Part shown: piece after piece, positions 11,301 through 18,166 of the stretch
How the letters are laid out: each line of letters starts with the position of its first letter
How positions within the stretch are numbered: position 1 is the first letter of the stretch
From: an uncultured Rikenellaceae bacterium
GTDB taxonomy: Bacteria > Bacteroidota > Bacteroidia > Bacteroidales > VadinHA17
Assembly (NCBI GenBank): GCA_964494045.1
Contig: CAZBQM010000001.1
Location: 24,590-88,589 of the forward strand
Length of the DNA: 64,000 nucleotides
Reading direction: 5' to 3'
Made by a program: the position numbers and the translations under genes
The notes under the pieces: model-generated
Seen by the model: only the letters and a program-made list of their open reading frames with translations
Told to the model about the DNA's origin: nothing
Database searches by the model: none

Positions 11301-11840
11301 ATAGGTCTCATGGCGCTGTACCTCAAGGTAGAAGTCCTTGCCAAAGATATCGATATATTCCCTGAGGGCTTTTTCAGCACCCTCCCTGGTCCCGTGAAGT
11401 ATCTCGTCCTGGATCTCTCCCGCCAGGCAGGCGGATGAGGCAATCAGACCCTCGCTGTATGTGGCGAGCAGTGACTTGTCGATCCTTGGCTTATAGTAGA
11501 AACCTTTGGTCCATGCCGTCGATACCAGCTTGACAAGATTGTAGTAACCTTTGAGGTTCTTTGCAAGAAGGATCAGATGATCTCCCGAGCGGTCCTCTTT
11601 GCCGCTGACTTCCGAGATAGACCTTTTTGCCACATAGACCTCACAGCCCAGGATGGGTTTTACCCCGTTCTTTACAGCTATGTTATGAAACTCCTTGACG
11701 CCGAACATATTCCCGTGGTCGGTAATGGCTACGGCTTCCATGCCAAGTTCCTTTACCCTGTTGATAAGCAGGGAAATGCTTGACGCTCCGTCGAGTATGG
11801 AGTATTGGGTATGAACATGCAGGTGAGCGAAAGGAGCCAT
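8355..11840 (-). CDS. dnaE: DNA polymerase III alpha subunit
   Basis: 1161 aa. N-terminal PHP domain (FAHLHVHTQYSILDG), MPDIDIDF, polymerase core, and a C-terminal OB-fold region. Confidence 0.97.
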   Translation of the reverse strand: MAPFAHLHVHTQYSILDGASSISLLINRVKELGMEAVAITDHGNMFGVKEFHNIAVKNGVKPILGCEVYVAKRSISEVSGKEDRSGDHLILLAKNLKGYYNLVKLVSTAWTKGFYYKPRIDKSLLATYSEGLIASSACLAGEIQDEILHGTREGAEKALREYIDIFGKDFYLEVQRHETYDPEADRTAFPLQQKVIEVFKELSAKYGVKLIATNDVHFVNADDAEAHDRLICINTAKDIDDPDRLRYSKQEYLKSEEEMRAIFSDVPEAVDNVSELVAGIENYALNHDPIMPEFDIPAGFSDKDAYLRHLTYEGARKRWGELTDEHTERLDFELNMIARMGFPGYFLIVQDFLRAAREMGVSVGPGRGSAAGSAVAYCLRITDIDPIRYGLLFERFLNIDRISMPDIDIDFDEDGRESVLRYVVEKYGHDKVAHIITFGSMAAKMAIRDVARVQKLPLPDADRLAKMVPERPGISLADAYTEVPELAREKESPNKLIAQTLKYAGVLEGSVRQTGVHACGIIIGKDALDNHIPLCTAKDTDLYATQYDGSHVESVGLLKMDFLGLKTLSIIKDAVTNIKKSKGIDINVDDLPLDDSKTFELFSKGETTGIFQFESAGMKRYLKELQPNRIEDLIAMNALYRPGPMDYIPQFIRRKQGLEPIEYTLPVMEKYLKDSYGITVYQEQVMLLSQALGGFTKGEADSLRKAMGKKKKSIMDEMKVKFMEGCRKNGYDENIINKIWSDWEAFAQYAFNKSHATCYAIVAFQTGYLKAHYPAEYMAAVLSRNINDLKKITVFMDETRRMGMEVLGPDVNESDLKFTVNKDGNIRFGLGAIKGVGESAVLQLIEEREKKGLYESVYDLAERVNLNSLNKKNLEAMAVAGAFDCFPEISRAQYFSLDTKGSSFIESLIRYGNSAKNIKNSTQQTLFGGGSGFDILKPEPSRCPDWPKLEKLNREKEVIGIYLSSHPLDDFSLEINSFTNATLADLQNMTEWLDRDVAVAGMVTESKNGISKNGKPYGSFTLQDYTDSFRFIMFDKDYVEFSKFFFNGYYLLVKGKVQKRKFREDELEFRIKSIYLLSSVKDELITSLTLKINPANIDREMISGLLEMINGNKGDTELKFLFYDPENKISLPMFSRSLRVRLNNEFISFLDDNPAIDYKVN

Positions 11841-12109
11841 CTTCAGGATAAGAGATTAATCAGTCTGTCAGCAAAAATACTTAAATTTGCCTTATTATCT
11901 GAGCCGGATTATCAACAGGTTATTAAATATGCGGTCGTGCATACAGGTGCCATAGAAAGGAAGAAAATTTCTGGCCGACAGTATGCCCCGGCTTTTTTGT
12001 CTGTGACGTGTTTTATTAGTATTATTCTCTTTGTCAAATAAATATTTACTATTATCTTCGCAGCCACAAATTTTAAAAAGAGTAGGTTAAATAAAAGCGT
12101 AAAGAATTA

Positions 12110-12691
12110 ATGGCAGTAAAAATCAGATTAGCCAGGAAAGGTCGCAAGAGAACGGCCTACTACCACATAGTGGTAGCTGATAGCAGATCGCCACGAGATG
12201 GCAGATATATTGAAAAGATCGGTATTTATAACCCGATTACCGAACCGGCAGTTATCGAACTTGATTTCGATAAGGCGCTGGGTTGGCTGCAGAATGGCGC
12301 TCAACCTACAGAAACATGTAGAGCTATCCTCTCAGTACAGGGTGTGTTATTGAAAAAGCATCTCCTCGAAGGTGTTAAGAAAGGAGCATTTGACGAAGCC
12401 GAAGCTGAACGCCGCTTTGGGGAATGGATGAAACAGAACGAGGCAAAAAACGAATCAAAGAAATCGAGCCTTGAGAAGAAAAAAGATGAGGTCATCGTGA
12501 ACCGTCTTGCTGCCGAGAAAAAGATCAACGAGGACAGAGCTGCAAGGCTTGCCAAAAAGCAGGCTGAGCTTGCCGCCAAAGCAGAAGAACCTGCTTCAGA
12601 AGAAGCTGCTCCCGCTGATGCTGCCACTGATGCTCCTGCAGAAAATGAAGCAGGAGAGGCTCCTGCTGAGAATGCAGGTACCCAGGAATAG
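12110..12691 (+). CDS. rpsP: 30S ribosomal protein S16 with long Lys/Glu/Ala-rich C-terminal extension
   Basis: N-terminus [42 protein letters not shown], then about 110 aa of low-complexity tail. Confidence 0.93.
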   Translation: MAVKIRLARKGRKRTAYYHIVVADSRSPRDGRYIEKIGIYNPITEPAVIELDFDKALGWLQNGAQPTETCRAILSVQGVLLKKHLLEGVKKGAFDEAEAERRFGEWMKQNEAKNESKKSSLEKKKDEVIVNRLAAEKKINEDRAARLAKKQAELAAKAEEPASEEAAPADAATDAPAENEAGEAPAENAGTQE

Positions 12692-12703
12692 CTTTTTCAC
12701 CTC

Positions 12704-13228
12704 ATGGCATATAATGCCGAAATACAGCTGGGTAGAATCCTGAAGGTCTATGGAAACGATGGATCCGTGACTGTAAAGCTGGAAAGACAATTTATTGAAA
12801 ACATACCGGAAGTGGAATCGGTCTTCATAATTACAGAAGGAAGACCGGTTCCTTTTTTTTTATCAGAAGTCTTCTATAACGGCGGGGAAAGCGCCATCGT
12901 CAGATTTGACACTTACGACTCCATTGAAAAGGTAAGGGAGTTCTGCGGATGCAGCATCTTTCTTACATCTGTACCTGATGATATCGCGACTGATCTGCCG
13001 GCTGCTTCGCATGTTGTGGGCTTCACTGTCGTTCTTCCCGACAGGAGCATAGCCGGGACAATCAGCTCCATCATTGAAAACCCTGCACAATGGCTGCTCG
13101 TAGTAACATCCCCTGAAGGGAAAGAGATATTGATACCTTTTCATGAAGACCTTGTGAAAAAGGTTAACAGGCGGAGCAGGATTATTGTAATGGATATCCC
13201 TGAAGGACTTACAGGAATCAATGATTGA
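12704..13228 (+). CDS. rimM: 16S rRNA processing protein RimM
   Basis: 174 aa, immediately after rpsP (the conserved rpsP-rimM order). The sequence layout is consistent with RimM PRC-barrel architecture. Confidence 0.8.
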   Translation: MAYNAEIQLGRILKVYGNDGSVTVKLERQFIENIPEVESVFIITEGRPVPFFLSEVFYNGGESAIVRFDTYDSIEKVREFCGCSIFLTSVPDDIATDLPAASHVVGFTVVLPDRSIAGTISSIIENPAQWLLVVTSPEGKEILIPFHEDLVKKVNRRSRIIVMDIPEGLTGIND

Positions 13229-13327
13229 CTGGTTCGCGGGAGGCAATTCATTTTAATATTTTCCGGGCTGTTATGCAGCATAATCCATAATCTGATGTCT
13301 TTTATGAAATCATAAATAAACAAAAAG

Positions 13328-14038
13328 ATGAAAAGCAGCATTATTACAGCAACTCTCCTTATCATGCTCCTGTTCAGTCCACTTATGTCGTGCGGGCAGA
13401 ATGTTGTAAAGGAGACCAGACCCGTAAGGGATTTCAACAGGGTCAGCTTTGGAGTGGCAGGGACCATTTATATCACTACCGGGCCTGATTTCAGACTCGA
13501 GATAGAAGGTGACCGCCGTGTAGTCGGTAACACGGAAACGGAAGTCAGGGATGGCCGGCTGGTAATAAGAAACCTGAGCAATAATTTCGGCTTCAGGGGA
13601 GAGGAGAAGGTAACCATCAACCTTACCATGCCCGCTATCAGCGGAGTTTCCGTATCAGGAAGTGGTTTGGCACAGGTGAAGAATAATATTTCGGCCGACA
13701 GGTTAGACCTCAGTGTAAGCGGAAGCGGGAAGCTTCTGGTACCGTCACTTGAAGCTGACAATATGGAGTGTTCCGTCTCGGGATCGGGAGACATCATTAT
13801 CGAAGGCAGGGGAAGTGTTGATAATGCTGAGATATCTATCAGCGGATCGGGTGGTTACACCGGCGAACTTACCGAGATAGATCACCTGGTTGTTAAGGTG
13901 TCGGGGAGCGGAAGCTGCTATTGCAGTGCAGGTGATTCCCTTGATGCATCCATATCGGGCAGCGGCAGTGTGATCTATTCGGGCAACCCGAAAATAAATG
14001 CAAGGGTATCGGGATCAGGGAAGGTAAGGTCGAGATAA
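13328..14038 (+). CDS. secreted DUF2807/GIN-domain beta-helix repeat protein
   Basis: 236 aa with a signal peptide. Seven roughly 20-24 aa repeats each carry xSGSG (VSVSGSG, LSVSGSG, CSVSGSG, ISISGSG, VKVSGSG, ASISGSG, ARVSGSG). Confidence 0.75.
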   Translation: MKSSIITATLLIMLLFSPLMSCGQNVVKETRPVRDFNRVSFGVAGTIYITTGPDFRLEIEGDRRVVGNTETEVRDGRLVIRNLSNNFGFRGEEKVTINLTMPAISGVSVSGSGLAQVKNNISADRLDLSVSGSGKLLVPSLEADNMECSVSGSGDIIIEGRGSVDNAEISISGSGGYTGELTEIDHLVVKVSGSGSCYCSAGDSLDASISGSGSVIYSGNPKINARVSGSGKVRSR

Positions 14039-14044
14039 TACCGC

Positions 14045-14614
14045 TTATTTGCGGATGATCTTAAAAACACCGTCCATATCTATCTTTATGATCGGGGAAG
14101 GAGTATAAATACTGCGATCGTCCTGACGATGTTTCACCACATAGTCGACTGAACCGGAAATTGCCGGATCAATTTCGTCAAAGTTACCGGGAGGATCCAT
14201 TCCTCCCGGATTTGCCGATGTTGATACAATGGGTTTCCTGAGCCTGGTTATCAGTTCGTTGCAGAATTCATCACTGCATATCCTTATGCCTACTGTGCCA
14301 TCGGCACTACATACCCCATCAGCAAGATTTCTCCCTTTGGGATAAATGATGGTTACAGGAGTATCGGATACTTCCAGAATATTCAGCGCAGCCTCAGGTA
14401 TCGCGCTTACGTACCTTTCGAGCATGGCTATTCCGCTGACAAGGACGATAAGGCTTTTAGCCGAATCGCGGTTCTTGATACGGAAGATTCTTTCAACAGC
14501 ACTGCTTATTGTTGCATCGCATCCCAGTCCCCAGATAGTATCGGTAGGATAGAGTATCACTCCTCCCTTTCTCAGGGTCTCCACTGCAGATCTTATGTCG
14601 TCGCTGTTTTCCAT
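14045..14614 (-). CDS. tsaC: L-threonylcarbamoyladenylate synthase (YrdC/TsaC type)
   Basis: 189 aa single YrdC domain (GGVILYPTDTIWGLGCDA, STSANPGG). Confidence 0.85.
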   Translation of the reverse strand: MENSDDIRSAVETLRKGGVILYPTDTIWGLGCDATISSAVERIFRIKNRDSAKSLIVLVSGIAMLERYVSAIPEAALNILEVSDTPVTIIYPKGRNLADGVCSADGTVGIRICSDEFCNELITRLRKPIVSTSANPGGMDPPGNFDEIDPAISGSVDYVVKHRQDDRSIYTPSPIIKIDMDGVFKIIRK

Positions 14615-14661
14615 CTCAGTAAGTTTTTACCTGAACAGGCACGTGATGCCTTTGCAGGATG

Positions 14662-15660
14662 TTACAGGAATTTCTTTCTCAGATCTTCACCTGAAAGTGG
14701 CGACAGCAGGGCAGGTGCTATGTCAAAGACAGTCTTTGCACCAAAGTCGGAGTTTTGTGAAAGCCTGAAAGCGGCCCTGGCATAAGCAAGCAGAGCCGAC
14801 GAGGTAAACTCTGGATTTGAATCGAGCCTGAGAGAGTATTCAATTATATGTTTGTTTGCTGCATTTTCACCGGTGGCACCGCTCCTGAATACAAAGCCTC
14901 CGTGAGACATCCTGCCGTGATTCTTTTCAAACTCAGCAGCCGTGATGAAATGAACGGTTGTATCATAATCCACAAAATAGGCGGGCATGGTTTTAATCTT
15001 TTCTTCGATGGCCCTGCAGTCGGCTCCTTCCTCAGGAACGACATAGCAGACCCTGGTATGTTTCTGGCGGGTTGTCAGTTCAGGGTTTTTTCCGCTTCTG
15101 ACTGCGGCAATGGCACTTTCGACAGGAAGCGTGTACTGGATGGCATTTTTCACGCCATTGATTCTTCTGACGGCATCAGAATGTCCCTGGCTCACTCCGG
15201 GTCCCCAGAAGGTATAGTCCTTTCCGTCAGGAAGGATGCAGTTTGAATAAACCCTGGTGATTGAAAACATGCCCGGATCCCATCCGACCGAAATGATGCC
15301 AGTGTGTCGTGAAGCACGTGCAGCTTCATCGACCACCTTGAAGAACTCAGGAATCCTGGCATGGGTGTCGAAGCTGTCGATAGTGTTGAACATACTTACT
15401 ATTTCGGGAGTCTGACCCGCAAGGTCAGTAGCACTGCCGCCGCAGAGAATCATAACGTCGATTGCACCGACGTAGTTTTTAATGTCGTTGTACCTCACAA
15501 CGGGGATCTGCGGGCTCTTTGTACGGAGTGATGAAGGGTCGCGTCGTGTAAAAAAGGCAACCAGCTCCATGTCAGGATTCTGACCGATGCCGGATTCCAC
15601 CCCTCTTCCAAGGTTACCGTAACCAACAATGCCTATTTTAATTTTTCTGCCGCTGTTCAT
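14662..15660 (-). CDS. ddh: meso-diaminopimelate D-dehydrogenase
   Basis: 332 aa. N-terminal Rossmann KIGIVGYGNLGRG. Length and overall sequence are typical of Ddh. Confidence 0.8.
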   Translation of the reverse strand: MNSGRKIKIGIVGYGNLGRGVESGIGQNPDMELVAFFTRRDPSSLRTKSPQIPVVRYNDIKNYVGAIDVMILCGGSATDLAGQTPEIVSMFNTIDSFDTHARIPEFFKVVDEAARASRHTGIISVGWDPGMFSITRVYSNCILPDGKDYTFWGPGVSQGHSDAVRRINGVKNAIQYTLPVESAIAAVRSGKNPELTTRQKHTRVCYVVPEEGADCRAIEEKIKTMPAYFVDYDTTVHFITAAEFEKNHGRMSHGGFVFRSGATGENAANKHIIEYSLRLDSNPEFTSSALLAYARAAFRLSQNSDFGAKTVFDIAPALLSPLSGEDLRKKFL

Positions 15661-15728
15661 GGCTAATATTTTTTTTGTGTTTAATAATTATTCCGGATTG
15701 ATTTCTCCACTTCATCTTAACCCTGTGG

Positions 15729-16964
15729 TCAGAAGGTAAGTTCAAGAAGCTGCATTCTCCTTTTCATCTCATTTATCACCCCGACTTCTTTTTCGGGGGA
15801 GTCGGCTTCAAAAGTAACTGAAAAACGGATATATTTTCCTGCCTCGTCCCATGGAACGGTAGAGATAAGAGACTCCGTTATGAGAAATTCAGAGAATTCG
15901 GCTGCTGTCCGGAAGGTTCTTCCGTTTTTTATGCCGGCCGGAGCTTTTACATAGCAGTAGTAAGTACCGCCGGTTTTTTTTGCATCAAATCCGACTTCAT
16001 TAAGAGCAGCGACAAGAAGATCGTGCCTCCTGGAGTATTTCTCCACAGTTCTTTGTGTCAGTTCAGGATGATTAAGGGCGTTGACTGCAGCTTTCTGAAT
16101 TGCCCTGAACTGTCCGGAGTCGCTGTTGTCCTTGACAGTCGCAAAAGCCTTAATGGCGGCCGGGTTACCGCACAGGAAGCCTATCCTCCAGCCTGTCATG
16201 TTGAAGGCTTTTGAAAGAGAATGTACTTCAAGACCAACTTCCATGGCGCCTTTTACAGAGAGGAAGCTTGAGGGCCTGTGTTCATCATATGTAAGGGCTC
16301 CGTATGCTGCATCGTTGATAACGATGATATTGTTTTTCCTTGCGAAATGAACGACTTCCTCAAAAAACGCAGGAGGGGCAACAGCTCCTGTAGGGTTATT
16401 GGGATAGTTCATATATATCATTTTTGCCTTTTTAAGAACTGAAGGCGGCACTGAAGCAAGGTCGGGGAGGAAGGAGTTCTTTTCGAACAGGGGAAGTTCA
16501 AAAACCTCTCCGCCAAGGTATTTTGTGTAGGTAGCTGTGACAGGATAACCGGGTACTGTGGTAATGAGGATGTCGCCCGGATTGATGAAGCAGATGGGAA
16601 GCATGGCAAGGATGGGCTTAGAGCCGATGCCATGGATTATATTCAGTTCCGGATCGAGGTCCTTAAGGCCGTATATGTTGGCCATATAGGCCGCTGCCGC
16701 TTCGCGGAATTCAGGGATGCCATTGTCGGCATACCATCTGTTTTCAGGTCTGCCGGCCTCATGAGCCAGTGTTTCAACAACAAGAGGGTCGGCAGGGAGA
16801 TCGGGTTCGCCAACTCCCATGTCTATCAGCTCTATCCCTGGATAAGCCTTTCTGGCTGCAGTCTTGGCCCTTTTGATAAGTTCGAACTTGTAAATCACAG
16901 TCGATTTTCCGAACGAATTGCCTCCAAGACGTTCAGAAATCTTATCATCAAAAAAATTGTTCAT
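15729..16964 (-). CDS. dapL: LL-diaminopimelate aminotransferase-like class I aminotransferase
   Basis: 411 aa. PLP-lysine region SLSKAFNMTGWRIG, NYPNNPTG, and N-terminal GVGEPD. It is adjacent to ddh. The subfamily call needs phylogeny. Confidence 0.65.
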   Translation of the reverse strand: MNNFFDDKISERLGGNSFGKSTVIYKFELIKRAKTAARKAYPGIELIDMGVGEPDLPADPLVVETLAHEAGRPENRWYADNGIPEFREAAAAYMANIYGLKDLDPELNIIHGIGSKPILAMLPICFINPGDILITTVPGYPVTATYTKYLGGEVFELPLFEKNSFLPDLASVPPSVLKKAKMIYMNYPNNPTGAVAPPAFFEEVVHFARKNNIIVINDAAYGALTYDEHRPSSFLSVKGAMEVGLEVHSLSKAFNMTGWRIGFLCGNPAAIKAFATVKDNSDSGQFRAIQKAAVNALNHPELTQRTVEKYSRRHDLLVAALNEVGFDAKKTGGTYYCYVKAPAGIKNGRTFRTAAEFSEFLITESLISTVPWDEAGKYIRFSVTFEADSPEKEVGVINEMKRRMQLLELTF

Positions 16965-17072
16965 GGATTAAAAAATTGACTTATTGAAAAGTACCCGACA
17001 AATGTAAAAAAACAATCGTTTCATAGAAATCTGAATATGGCCGGGCTTAATATTTTTTTTAAAAAAGTTAAT

Positions 17073-17107
17073 AAAAGCCGGTTATTGATAGTCAACGGGC
17101 TTTTATT
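17073..17107. terminator. orphan terminator-like hairpin between divergent genes
   Basis: AAAAGCC (17073-17079) pairs with GGCTTTT (17098-17104), with 3 further inner bp. An A-run lies on one side and TTTTATT on the other, so it would work in either direction. Confidence 0.3.
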
Positions 17108-17202
17108 ACTGCGAAAAGAGGTTTAAATTTGAGTAAGTAATGCTTATTTGTTCTTTGTCATCATAAGTTATCCGGTTTATAATTCACTTAATACAGAAGG
17201 TC

Positions 17203-17967
17203 ATGAACAGATATTTTTACTTAACCTGTGCCCCGGAAGCCCTTGTTGCTTCCATGCTTCCTCCTGAAGGATTCGGACTGTATCTCTCGACTGGGACGAA
17301 AAAGAGAAACAAGGGTCAGACTATTTTTTTCGAGGTCGATGCTGAGAAGATAGAGGGTCTGATTGATAAGGAGAGTCTGAACAAAAGGTGTGTGGCAAAA
17401 GAGGACGGCAGTCCCAAGAGTTCTGTTTACCTGTCAGTTTACAGGGTTTTGGAGAATATCCCTCTGTCGGCTCTGAAGAGTCTGTATGTAACCACCGATC
17501 ATGGTTGTGTACTTGAACTAAAGCAGAAGAGCTATGACAGAAGCAGGGAGAGGATGGATGCCCTTCACCTGTACCAGGAACTGACACCAGTCACACCGCT
17601 TGTGGCCAGTGGCCTTCCCCCTTCGGTTTTTCTAAAGAAGCTGACCGACGGATCAACCCCGATAAAACTTCCGAAGCTCTTTTTCGTTGAGCTCAAGCTG
17701 GGGGAGCTGGCTAACAATCCCCTTTATGGTTCGGCAGAACATCTGGCCTACTCCAACATAGGCCACCTCAGGGATTGCCTTGAGATACTCAGGGGTGAAT
17801 ATGAAAAACATATGAAGACGGTCCAGCGTGTTTTTGCCGGGGAACTTCTTTACAGGACCATTGATACAGGGTTCTATGTCGGCAGCGGCGACGAGATCCT
17901 CTTCTATCCCTACCCTTCAATGAAAGAGCTTGAGAACATCAACTACGAATTCTTCAGAGCAATCTGA
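17203..17967 (+). CDS. hypothetical protein, no family recognised
   Basis: 254-aa ORF with ordinary composition and no signal peptide or TM segment. It is flanked by 238-nt and 199-nt AT-rich spacers. The only competing ORF is an 88-aa antisense shadow. Confidence 0.6.
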   Translation: MNRYFYLTCAPEALVASMLPPEGFGLYLSTGTKKRNKGQTIFFEVDAEKIEGLIDKESLNKRCVAKEDGSPKSSVYLSVYRVLENIPLSALKSLYVTTDHGCVLELKQKSYDRSRERMDALHLYQELTPVTPLVASGLPPSVFLKKLTDGSTPIKLPKLFFVELKLGELANNPLYGSAEHLAYSNIGHLRDCLEILRGEYEKHMKTVQRVFAGELLYRTIDTGFYVGSGDEILFYPYPSMKELENINYEFFRAI

Positions 17968-18166
17968 AATACATAGCAATATCTTCTTTTATACACTCCC
18001 GGTTCAGTGCCGGTAGTGGTCTTGTTATGCCAGTCCTGCTATTTAGAATCGTTCTAATGAAAGTATTTATTTTTTAGTTTGGAATAACAAAAAACTAATA
18101 TAGTTTTATACTGGCAAAAAATTTTACTTTTCGTAACCTTCTTTTTATTAATTAAAAATAGATACC

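Noticed and set aside
11805-12041. 78-aa ORF in the dnaE-rpsP divergent spacer
   Set aside because: It overlaps the dnaE start and runs through AT-rich promoter DNA. Nothing supports it as coding.
16965-17202. Possible lysine riboswitch upstream of dapL, and (at 6190-6215) an FMN riboswitch upstream of ribD
   Set aside because: The dapL leader is AT-rich and lacks the conserved L-box G-rich segments. The ribD upstream gap is only 26 nt, too short for any riboswitch.
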